Shown here piece by piece: positions 52,101 through 64,000 of a DNA stretch of 64,000 nucleotides. Each line of letters starts with the position of its first letter. Position 1 is the stretch's first letter. The notes beneath the pieces are model-generated. The model made no database searches. It was not told the origin of the DNA and was given only the letters and a program-made list of their open reading frames with translations. This DNA is from Bugula neritina (lineage: Eukaryota; Animalia; Bryozoa), in the NCBI GenBank assembly GCA_964035545.1, contig OZ037765.1, forward strand, positions 18,910,995-18,974,994. Direction: 5' to 3'. A program made the translations under genes and the position numbers.

Positions 52101-53036
52101 TTTTAAACCGAAGTTTTCCAACTGGTGCCTCAGCATATGGTATTCCTTTAAAGAATTTGAGATAAAATATTCCATCAGTCAATTTTTAACACATGTCATA
52201 CGACTATCAACATATTAGGCTTATAGTTTCTGTTTTACAATTTAAAATGTTTAAGAAGCTAAATTTAAATAGACATTTGCTTAAAAGTAGCCTCGTATTT
52301 AAATTTATATCTAAACTCAATCACATGGAATAAAAACTAGTAAACGCATTGAATAAAAAATCAATAAGCTGCCACATTAAGGAGGTATTCAGATAATATT
52401 ATAAAATTATGTCTAGCTACATTTCATGTCATAGGAATTGTAGAGTTTTATTCTACAACCTTGTGGAGCAGACAAGGCTTTACATACTGCAGAGTTTGAA
52501 ACTGAGCGCTACACAACCATGATTCATTTTTCCATTGTTGTGACTTTACATAAATTTCTAAAGCTTTGCACTAGTTCATTATAGCTTTTCATGTATCATC
52601 ACAGCTATACCAGCTATATTGTGTTTTTTTCACACTCATTATGGCCACGTACCCAATAGCTAACCTTTTTCACTGGTATAAAGACCCAGAACTTCCACTT
52701 ATCTTTACACTAGAGACTTGCAACTTGCAACTACACCTATAAATTATGATATAACATTCTTACATTGCTATTTTCTTGCAGTCTGCGACAATAAATATTT
52801 CCATATACTCAAACACAAGATTCATCACACTATTATAAACTACAGAAGGCGCACTGGTTGGAGCTTTATCCTTAACTGTTAGATCTATAAGATCTGAAGA
52901 GATTTGGCTAATAATTTTTGTATTCAACGCGTTCTAATAATTCAACCTTGTTTAACAACCTTGATTTCTAACAACATTTAAACCTTGTGATTCCTTAAAC
53001 TTACAGTGTTATCTTACTGTACATGCATTACTAGTG

Positions 53037-53114
<78 letters not shown>

Positions 53115-53567
53115 ATATGGTAGCAGTAATTTCCCACCCCAATGATAGCACATGACATGTTTAATTGACTATTATCATCAAAGAAGGACTATTGCATGAA
53201 CAGAGCTTTTTGAATGCATAATTATATCTTTCTAAACTCTAAAGTATTTTAGCTTTGTAATTTTAAGTGCCAGAAAATTTCTAATTGAAATTATTATCTT
53301 ATTTTGTAAATAATGTATATCAATAACTTACAAAAAACAATTTTTCATTTGAACTTTTACAATGTAATACTATAAGTATGATATATGATAAAAATGTTTC
53401 ATTATTACTATTACCATACCTAAAAAGATGGCTACATCTGTGTTATTGTAAGTTAGAGATTTTCCTTTCAACTGTCCTCCATGACTCAGCTGTACAACAG
53501 GATCAGCACCTGCAGCAGTGTGCCACAATAGTATACTTAGTATCACAATAAATCTTGCCTTATACAT
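46179..53567 (-). CDS. Type-B carboxylesterase, 628 aa, signal peptide and GPI-like C-terminus; gene B
   Basis: Ten exons: 53420-53567, 52014-52145, 51560-51784, 50417-50601, 49969-50222, 49213-49469, 48424-48651, 47901-48027, 47244-47437 and 46179-46315 (sum 1887 nt). HGGG, GESAG, NGQE, ADHFAE; ends [28 protein letters not shown]. Confidence 0.95.
47660..47792 (-). mobile_element. Degenerate SINE fragment in intron 8 of gene B
   Basis: gatgctctttctaacatcaccaatagc...accatagctgc is homologous to the SINE at 56991. Confidence 0.6.
53041..53110. repeat. (TA)n microsatellite
   Basis: Directly visible. Confidence 0.95.
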
Positions 53568-53872
53568 TCTCTCTCAGCATGAGAATGCTCAACTCAGAAT
53601 GAATATGATTGAGTTACTCCTGGATTGCTTCTTAAGTATATCTATTATCCTATACCACTGTATTAGCCGTAGAGAACATCGGATCAATAGTGGTAATAGT
53701 GCATATGTTCTGTTACCACTATATTGACCCGAAATTGCACGTGTTGTATTGGATAATATAGAAAGGGTCATCGACCTTAGCCTATAGTGAGGCACTGTCA
53801 TAATGAATAATTGGATAGCTGTAGTCAACTACAACCAATTCAATTTCATTAGTTTGGCAACAATAATAATAA

Positions 53873-53903
<31 letters not shown>

Positions 53904-54645
53904 AATGAAAAAAGTGGTGGATACAGTAGGGGTGATATTTATACAGCTATATCTGGCAGTATATTGTATTCTAAAACAGTTTCCTCATCTAAAATATAAT
54001 AAGAGTTCTATTAGCTAAGAGTAATAAATATAGAGAGAATTTATCATTGACTGAGAAATGTTAACAAATAAAGTTCTGAATTTTTGTTTCAATTCCTTTC
54101 TTTTGAGACTTTGTTCCAAAAAAGTTTTATCACTTTAGCTATTAGATAATAATTCAGAATTCAGTCCTACAACCTAACTGGAAACCAAGTTGTTTGTCTA
54201 CTGTATATAAACTGTAGTTATAGATCTTAAGAATCTAATATCTCTACATTTATCAATATTATAAAAGTATAAATGTATTTTCACATTACGCCAGTTGTTA
54301 TGCAAATGTATTGCCTACATAATTTAAACACAGTTGCAAAACATTTATGTTTTAGCAGCTCATAAACTAATATGAAATCACGAGCTATTGTAGGGTGTAA
54401 ATTAATAATGCAGCATTTTTGGTTGTGAAAAAATATTAAGAAAATATGTAAAGAGATATTTTGTAAAATATGATTATAAATATTATTTAACCAAACTTAG
54501 CAATTTTTCAGGCTCAGAGCTTTGCATATGCTTAGTTGCTGCACTCAGATATAACTTGTGGTAATATACTATTTGTGACAAAAAATAATTTTGCTAAGCT
54601 GCCAAAAGCATACTGCAGTGTACTTTTGACATATATAGATATTTG

Positions 54646-55103
<458 letters not shown>

Positions 55104-55210
55104 GCCTACTAAAAGTGTTTCAGCAACCTGGTCCACCAACGGAGTTACTTTCAGACAACAGACTATGCTTTAGGTTAGAAAAGTTACTTGGTGTTCAGTA
55201 AAACTGACAT

Positions 55211-55441
55211 AGGTAATAATGGCACAGGTAATAATGACACAGGTAATAATGGCACAAATAGCAAAGTATGTAGGCAAAAATGGCACGTTTGCAACATTAG
55301 GTTTGGGGTGGGGTTGGGTATTTGGGATGGCGGTTTAGGTTTGGGGTTTGAAAAAATTTAACATCAGTGTGCCATTTTTTTTTTACTTTTTTACTTGTGC
55401 TCTTATTACCGGTGCCATTATTACCAGTGCCTCTTTTACCT
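55211..55441. mobile_element. Fold-back MITE with ggtaataatggcaca subrepeats and a gggttt-rich core
   Basis: Tandem 15-mers at the left end, inverted copies at the right end. Confidence 0.7.
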
Positions 55442-56607
55442 AAAATTGTTTTTTGTTGTATAAGAAATTTAATATGCTAGTTCAACCAGTTATAATCAGT
55501 GCGTATGTACTTATGCAATGAATGAAGTTCCAGACAACTATTTCAATACAGCAACCATAAAAATGATAAAAATCACAGCAACATCTGTTTTTGATCAACT
55601 CTGAATAAGCAAATAGCAGCACACATGAAACTGTTAACTTATTCACACATTACTCTTTTTACTTAAGTAACAAATTTGTTAAAATTTTAATGTTTCTTTT
55701 CTATTTTACCTTTTTCACACACACTTACAATTAATAATAATAATATTAATAATAATAATAATAATATTCAACTAGTTTAACATAATTTACTTAGACTGTA
55801 TCTACATTTTATCAGGTTAACTCTAAAGTTTTTGTTATAATATTTTACATATTTCCACACATAACTGTACTATAACTACAATAATGTTGAGTTTGTTGAA
55901 CATATTTTATCTCTACAGATTTCATGGTAATGCATGATATTAAAGATAAGAAGAGACAAGCTGATTATTTCTATGTAGTATCAGTACACCTCGACTCTAC
56001 TAGATTAGCATCTTAGATTAAAAAGAGTTTGAGGGTTGATCGAAACTCTACAGTATTAATTGTTTGCATACCCTAAAAGAAAATCTCTTGGTGTCATGTA
56101 AAGAAACACCATGCTCCAGTTTTATGATCCAGCTGTTGTTGAATAAAAGTTATCCACATGCGTGGATATTTATGCTAAGGATGACTTCAGCTTTTGATAT
56201 GTAGAAAATAATTTCACAGGATTCAAAACTGTTCTAATGTTATAACATAATTTGTTTATGCATTGTGTAGAAGCAATTGTGCACAAGCAAATAAAGCTCT
56301 TTAATAATGACCTGACTAGGCAAGAAGTTGAGATTGAGATTTGCTTGAATTGTTAGTGGATTTGTTTTTTCATGTCTTCCACTGAGCTGATCCTAATTTT
56401 ATCTTAACTAAATTACTATTAAATTATAAATACATTGCAACTACTAACCCTGCTAAACAAAACGCATAAAGAGTTTACACTAATGCAAAATGTGATCAGC
56501 TTACATAGATGAAAGCTAGCATATATCTAACTCCCACTTTGAGGAGTCCATTGATGAAATCAAAAGCATGCTGTAAAGTTATGATTAACTCAGTGAAAGA
56601 CAATTTT

Positions 56608-56935
56608 AAGTAAAAATGGCACAGCTAAAAATGGCATGGTAATAATGGCACAGGTAATAATGGCACAGGTAATAATGGCACAAATGGAAAGGTAGGTAAA
56701 ACTGGCATGCTAATGCTAAATTTTCCCAACCCCCAAACGCAAACCCCCTACTCGAAACTCAAGCCCTCAACCCTTAAACCCCAACCCCAAACTCAAACCC
56801 CCATCTCCAAACCTGAACCTCCTATTCCAAACCTCCTACCAAAAATCCTAATAATGCAAATTTGCCATTTTTACCTACTTTCCACCTGTGCCATTATAAC
56901 CTGTGCTATTATTACCTGTGCAATTTTTACCGGTC
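56608..56935. mobile_element. Second copy of the ggtaataatggcaca fold-back MITE (opposite orientation, aaaccc core)
   Basis: Same 15-mer subrepeats and inverted ends as 55211-55441. Confidence 0.72.
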
Positions 56936-56990
56936 ACCATCTACTAATATATCATAAAACTTAAAGCAGTACCTATAGTCGTGTAATCAT

Positions 56991-57210
56991 AGGGAGCAGC
57001 TGTGGTCTAAGGGTTAGAGCATTTGCGTAGTAAGCATAAAGTCATGGGTTCAAAATCCGACTACGGCCATTGGTGATGTTAGGAAGAGCATCCAGTCATA
57101 ATTGCTCCTGTGACCCATCTGAATAAATTCTTGCCCAATTTAATAGAAAAATCCTTCCCATCAGAGCTTTCTCACTGGGAAGGTGACTATAAACTTCTGT
57201 GAGTTTTTTC
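56991..57210 (+). mobile_element. tRNA-derived SINE
   Basis: A-box-like tggtctaaggg and B-box-like ggttcaaaat; 15-bp TSD tagtcgtgtaa(t/c)cat at 56976-56990 and 57211-57225; three other copies in the window. Confidence 0.85.
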
Positions 57211-59164
57211 TAGTCGTGTAACCATCTATTTTTATTTAACAGTAAGCTCCCAGATGTGTGTTTATTCAATTGCAGGCCCCATGGTCAATGACCTCATACT
57301 CAGCATTCCGGAACGTCTAGTAACTCAAAACATAATATAACAATTAGGATGAACTATATCATCTCCCAGACAGATTAATGATCATTAAAATATGCTCACT
57401 GAAGCAAATTTATGTTTTAAAACTTACTAGAGGTTGCTGGCATTGACAACTTATTTGTGATAGGAGTAATGTGTAAATAATTAAACATTTATATGCACAT
57501 TTGCTTATTGAGAGTTGATTAAAAATAGATATTGCTGTGATTATCATCATTTGTTTTTATGTTTCATTGAGATAGTTGCCTGGAACTTCATTCATTGAAT
57601 AAGTACATACGTACTGGCTATAACTGGTTGAACTATAGCATATTATTATATAGTAATTATATTATGGCTGGCCAAGCATTGATAACTGTTATCAACAGCT
57701 CCTCAAATTTAGCAAGCACACATCAAAATTTATATCAAAAATAGATGCTTCATAACCTAAAATGTCTAGATTTGCGTTAGCCTTATAATACAGTGCATTA
57801 GCACCAGAATTTGCAATGCAGTAGCTTGCCAACTTGGTGTAAGTTAGGCAAGTGGTGGAGCCATGCTTTTAGCCAGCAGTTTAGGATGCAAGCTTCTATA
57901 TTATTATCAATATATTATGCCTTAAATGATAAAATCTCAGCTGAAACTTTATATTGTATAAGTGGCATATTGTTGTTTATTAGATTTTAAAAAAAAATGG
58001 CACACTGATGAAAATAATAATACTTTACAGCTATATATTGCTATACATGTAGACATATTATAGACATAATGCAGCAGACCACAACTATATGCAAAAACAG
58101 GTGGCACAGATATATAAATAGCTATAAAGTATTATATAGCTATAACCAGCCTACAATTTAGATAATTCCAAGGTGTTGATCACTTAGAACCTGACTAGCT
58201 GGTGAGTAACACATAGAAAATATATAACACAGCAAGTTGCAGTCAGCATATGAGCAAACATGTCTGTGAGAAAGACTTCTTCTATCCCTGCTATCTACTA
58301 CACATTCATAGAAGATAGATAAGTATTTTTACTTTATTATTTTCTAGCAGTTTTCTAAAAGCACAAGTATGCAGAGGTGTTTTGAGTGTAGTGCTAATGC
58401 ACTTACCACTAAGACTGTGTAATATAAGCATAGTGTAGGTTAGTGCAGTGCACTGCAGTTGTGACAGCACGGGTGCTGTATGGCACAGATGCCTATGTAT
58501 TATGACTCATTTAATGAAGGGTGAATGGATGGAGGACACAGAAGCAGGCCACAACTCTACCTTTTGTCTATTGCCAACAGTATATTTCTCACAAACTCAA
58601 ACTCAAACTGTAACCTATAACTGTAAAAACATCTTGTTAACTTAACATTATTAATCAAAACCGCTGACAAAACTTTTAATTAATAAAGTTAAAAATAAAA
58701 GATAATATAATAGTTAATACTTACAATTATTTGGACAATAAAGTTTAAGTTGACTGCATCTTTACCATGAGAAAAACTGAGCTAAACTGACTCAAAAACT
58801 ACTAGTAAAAAATTATTGCGAAAGCTTTCACAAACAGCTTTCATCACACAATACTTTTCTCAAAGCTACAACAAAAAGCTCCTGCAACAGTAGTTCACGC
58901 AAGTTTTACAGATAGTGACAGTGATACTATATAGTAATTCACGGCTTTTAGCTGCGGCAGCAGTAGTGTTACTATATGTAATTCACAGCTAATACCTGTG
59001 GCAGTGATAATTGTAAGTAGATATTTGCTGTTTTAGTGTCCTGCTACCCAAACAGGACAAAGCGGAGATAGGTGAGAATTTACTGTCTTAGTGCGGAACA
59101 ATGTGGATAGAGTAGTATTTGTGATTCATTGTTTGTGTTAGTGCACCAATTTGTCAGGGAAGTG

Positions 59165-60150
59165 AATTGCAGCATCGGTGAGAGCTTGTTGCTGTTGGTG
59201 ATCTACAGCTTCAGTAATCAATAGTAAAGAGGTGTTATGCAAAATTAACTACTGAGTAAATATCATCTACAGTATTTGATGATAGTAATGCTAGAAAACA
59301 ATTGGAATGACCTAAATTTAAAGTTAAAAGCTAAAAAGCTTGCAAGATACTCGAAATCTCTACTGAATGAAGCTAGAGCTCTATAAGTCAATGTAGGACA
59401 AGAAATAGGGGTAGTAAGCTGAATAAAAAAAACTGAAAGCAGTAGCAGTGACAGTTGTGACAGTAGTTCAGTTGATAAGAAATTTCAATCAAAAATGAAA
59501 TGGAAATATCATTCTAGAAATAGTTCTAGACAAAGGGGCCATTATAAAAAATAGGAATATTTTTAGATATGCTGATATAGTTGTAGACACCATAGCAGTA
59601 AAAGTGATAGCGCCTCCTATAGTAAACCAAATAGGAGAAACAAATATTATGTCTTAAGGTTAAACAAAGTGAAGATTATTATGATTCTAGGTCTAGCAGA
59701 TTTAGCCTTTTAAAAAAGCGGGAAACACTTGTTATAATTATAAGAGACATGACCACCAAATGAGGGACTGTCCTGGGCATACACATAAAGAATGTTCTAG
59801 CAAGAATTTTAAGCATTGTTGTAGGTCAAGTAGTGGTAGTAGTAATAGAAAGCAGAATTATAAAAAGGAGGATTTGCAAGTTGACTTTATGATAGCTAGG
59901 ACAGCATAAGCTAGTACTAATATGGTTCTAAACAAGTTTATAGTGTTATGGTATGGCTAATGTATGTATATATCTGAATGTACTCTAAATTTATAGTTGG
60001 ACAATGAAAGTTGCAATTCAGATTTGGGCTTGTGTGTCCAGTGTGTATTCCAAAGAATTGAGCAGCACAATTTCAAACCTTGCAACAGTAGTTGTAGATG
60101 GTCCTAGTGGTATAACCAAGAGAGGCGAAAGGTTGCAGAGGACTCTTAAG
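59165..60150 (+). mobile_element. Highly decayed Gypsy-like gag/protease remnant
   Basis: ENNWNDL..KAKKLA..LLNEARAL gag-like stretch; degenerate knuckle TCYNYKRHDHQMRDCP at ~59727-59775; many stops. Confidence 0.5.
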
Positions 60151-60438
60151 CAAAATATCTATATATGTGACAGAGTACCGCACTTTTGCACTCTCACATA
60201 CACACAGGTATGTACTATATGTATGTATTTACTATTAAAAAGTGTTGTTAAAAATGTGTAGCAGAACAAAAGTTGTAGAAATATCAGAATGACTACTGCA
60301 TGAAAAATTGCCATCATGAGCAATAAAACACATGATGAGCAGTAATTAGTAATCTAATGCTGTGAAGCTATTTTAGTGTCATATATATAATATAATAAGC
60401 TATATGCCATAATGATGACATGTGCTATAAGTGAGTTA

Positions 60439-63400
60439 CTAGAAGAAAAGCAGATGTTTGCTGACTAAAAGCATAGACAGCAAAAACAGGAAGTGTGACA
60501 AGACAAGGGTGTTTGCTGAGTTGTCCTCCTTCATATTATCTCCCCCTGAACTTTCTGAGGTGGTTGCACATTCAACTACAAAGTAAAATGTAACATGATA
60601 TTAGATTGTATGCAGTTGAAACTATATTATTACTTATGCAAAATGTAGTATTTTGATCATTCCTACATATTACACACTACTACAGTGTCTTTATCTTTTT
60701 GCTAAATCTATTCAAATCACCGCCTGCAGTGGCACAGGACAATTCATCATCATTCACTCACATTCTCATTTAGCTACTCACTTAGCTACTCACTTAGCTA
60801 CTCACTTAGCTACTCACTTAGCTACTCACTTAGCTACTCACTTAGCTACAGTTTTTTTAAACCACAGATAGCTTTGTATTCACTATAACAAAGCAATGGT
60901 TTTTGTGACCACAATATAGCTGTCAGCTTTTTATAGCTTGTAGCCAAAAATTATAGCAGCTGAGTTGTTTTATGCTTTCATTCCAGTCTGATGCATTTCT
61001 CCACTGACTGTGTTATAGTTCTCACTAGTCATTTTTTGATTGAGTTGTAGCATTTTGTACATGGCGCATGTAGATATTTAACTTTTCACTACTACAACCT
61101 TATATATTTAATTCGAACCCTTCTCAGGAAGGATAATTATAGAGGTATGTTGAACATTGTTATGCAACAATTTTGTAATGTTTTATGTTCCATTTTTCTT
61201 GTCATCAATGTCTTTATTATCAAATTGTATTATTGTAGTTTCACGTTGGTTTTAATAAACATCAGCAAAACTCCAGCAGTGCAACCTCTTATCAATAAAC
61301 TGGGGTAGAAGTTACACAAAATATATTGCTATTGTATATAATTTTTTACAAGATAATACACTAAAGTCCTCTAAAGAAGCTATTATATCCAGCATAGCAT
61401 CATAATGTATCGGATGACATCATTCAACAATCTATGATTGTTTTCATTTACTGTTGCAGAGAGCTTAAACATAGGACTGGAACTGAAGCTGAAAATTTAA
61501 CAATGTGAAATTCATAAATAGTAGCTGTAACTTCTTTAAGCTACTTTCTTTTGCCACTCCTATGCATATGCAGCAGAAGCATTTTATAGCAAAGTTTAAT
61601 TATATTGATGTGAAATTACTAATTTAAGTAAAATAGCATAAGCACTATGCCTGTGTTTTAATTAAATGGTGCATTTAGTCATTTCAATTCAAATATCACA
61701 AGTTTCTGAAATTATTCATCTGAAAACTCAAAAGTGGAACTTTCAGTTTAAGCATTTAAAACTGTTGTTATTCAGCAATTTCAAGTTTCACACAGTGCTT
61801 TTCCTATTCAACACTTATTTGTGGGGAGGAAATATACTTAATTTCAAACACTACAATAATGAAAATATGAATGATAAATTTGTTATGTCTTGTTAAAAAC
61901 CTAATTAAACACTTTTCTAAGGTTTGTAGAGATGTTATGAAATACTACTTACTATTAGTAGACATTATTGTGCAATATTCTAAACACCCATTTCATAGGA
62001 ATCTATATTTTTTATTGTGTTGCTATTTATTTTATGTATATATGGTTCATGCATGTATTTTATTATGTTTATTTTGTTTTAAATACTGCGCTATAATTCT
62101 ATAAATGATCTATAGGAAAGCATAGATTCTAATTTCACACCTGGAACTTTGTCAGACAAAACTTGTAGTCTTCTAGCCCCAAACAAAACATTCTGTACTT
62201 TCTCCAGTCTCTCCTTGTGAGGAGTTGTGATCACACTGATGTTGTTTTTGTTTAAATCCAGAAACTTGCTAGTCTCAGCGTTGAACTGAGGCCATTCCGG
62301 TACATCATCAGGAAGTGCAACTGGCCGGTTGGGGTTTCTAAGTAATGCATATGCTGAATAAATTACTATTGTATCTCTATAACAAGTAGATGCTAGTTAT
62401 AGTATTATAACAAATATTTACATATTTGATACAACAAAGTTATGTAACTATCATTCAGTTGCTACGTAATATATCTGTTGAATATATTATTATCTCTATG
62501 GTAAAATACAAAGTTACTCCCAACAAAGATGCAGAAATCTTTTCACCTATATGTGGCACAGTAGCAGTTATGACTGAATGCCCTTCCTAACATCATCAGT
62601 GGCATTTACTTGGGCTCACACCACTGACTTATGCTTACCAAGCCAGCACCTTAACCACTAGACCATGGCTGCATGCTTTGGTCATCTCCAAATATCAACT
62701 ATCTAGAAATACTATCATGGGATATAAATTGATGGGACAAATCTCAAATATTGTAAAATAAAAGTTTATATCTCACCCTGATTTAGCAAAATTAGTCCAC
62801 ATAGTCATCATGATATTTGACAGCGGCTGTAGATCTTCGTTTGTAGCATTGAAAAACTTCAAGAATGTGCTAGTTGCATCTGTAATTAGATCTTCGAGAT
62901 AGGCTACAATATTCATTGCAAAACTGATTAACTAAAATTAACAGAATAATCATCTGCCTAATCTAAAACTCTGCTACTGCTGTCGACTGTAATTTGCACC
63001 AAAATTCAAAAATTATGGTAAATCAATATGTATTCTTAAAGTATAAGAATTAAAGGAAATGCTTTAGAATAAATATTTAACAAAGTGTCAACATTCAAAA
63101 ATTCTAGAAAAGTGGCCTGCCAGAAAATAATGTGCGTCAGATAAAATGTGCTCCTGCTGTTTGCTTTAAAAGACTCTGAAAATATATTTGCACAACATTT
63201 TATTTTTTTGGCTCTTAAACGTAATAAAGCTGCACCTTCTTTCAGCTCATCATCTTTTGCTGCCTGATACCCTCCAAAGACAAATCCTGCTTCAGCAAAA
63301 TGGTCAGCTGACACTCTGATCCAATCAGGTACTTGGAAAGGTAAGGTAACAGGAGGTGTGAGTTCAGTGAAGTAGTAGGCATATGTAGGTTTGCTAGAAG

Positions 63401-64000
63401 AACTGTGATCCACCAACTTTCTCATACTGTCCACATTAAAATTCAGTTCACCTGCAAATTTAAAGTTGAATTTATTTGTCACTACTTTAAACAATTGCAT
63501 GTGATAGCTTATTAGAGAAAAAATCAGATATTGCAAAAGTTAGCCATGCAAGTTGACATAAAATATACACATTGCAATAAATAGAATAGTAACTGTATAA
63601 TATTATAATGCAGTAAACTATAATAGCAAATGCATTGCCACTTCATGATTAGTTTTCAATTCTAAATGTTCATTCACGCAGAGATATTTAATTACTAAAC
63701 ATGGCTACTTTCAGTCATTATACCATGCTTAGTAAATCAATAATATTTTAAATTTGAGGCCTTGATTTGCACATTCACTAAGTTATCTGGCTAAAGAGAT
63801 AATTTATAAATTGTAAAACATGAATCAGATGAGTATTTTAGAAACTGTACATAATATAATTGTGCAAATAAGATACATGTTTAAGTGTGATCTGTGGAGG
63901 GCAAAAGATGTAGTAGCAGAGGATAAAAATGACAAAAGTATATAAACGTTGCACCTAACATAAGAGAAGAGGCAATAGTTCTTTGCTGGTTGTCTGTGAA
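60439..64000 (-). CDS. Type-B carboxylesterase, 3' part (gene C; 5' exons beyond the window), GPI-like C-terminus
   Basis: Exons 63955->64000, 63236-63451, 62777-62903, 62141-62337 and 60439-60575; close paralog of gene B including introns; [17 protein letters not shown]. Confidence 0.9.
60768..60849. repeat. 12-bp minisatellite (cacttagctact)n, ~7 copies
   Basis: Directly visible. Confidence 0.92.
62540..62672 (-). mobile_element. Degenerate SINE fragment in intron 8 of gene C
   Basis: cttcctaacatcatcagtggc...ccttaaccactagaccatggctgc; same intron position as in gene B. Confidence 0.6.

Noticed and set aside
55211-56935. CRISPR-like or telomeric arrays (15-mer repeats, aaaccc motifs)
   Set aside because: No unique spacers or cas genes, eukaryotic context, and not regular TTAGGG; these are MITE subrepeats.
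56993-57070. Possible tRNA gene
   Set aside because: No coherent cloverleaf; continues into a shared body with TSDs, so it is a SINE head.

Overview
AT-rich, intron-containing invertebrate (metazoan) genomic DNA; the species cannot be identified from sequence alone. Main contents: (1) a structurally complete, recently inserted Ty3/Gypsy LTR retrotransposon on the minus strand (6025-13472). It has 306-bp LTRs with 2 mismatches, an ATAG target-site duplication (TSD), a tRNA-Leu primer binding site (PBS), a polypurine tract (PPT), gag, a -1 frameshift signal, a pol with two in-frame stops, and an unusual intact third ORF in the env position encoding zinc fingers plus a coiled coil. (2) A cluster of type-B carboxylesterase/cholinesterase-fold genes: one on the + strand, one complete and one partial on the - strand, and one deleted pseudogene. 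They show patchy exon homogenisation, and most carry GPI-like tails. (3) A secreted, probably GPI-anchored DOMON-domain gene whose predicted mature protein starts with His (LPMO-like His-brace), but whose middle exons appear to be missing here. (4) A decayed TPR pseudogene and duplicated decayed exons. (5) Several MITEs, tRNA-derived SINEs, a TG...CA element, a decayed Gypsy remnant and microsatellites. Exon boundaries were read by eye using GT-AG sites and phase consistency.
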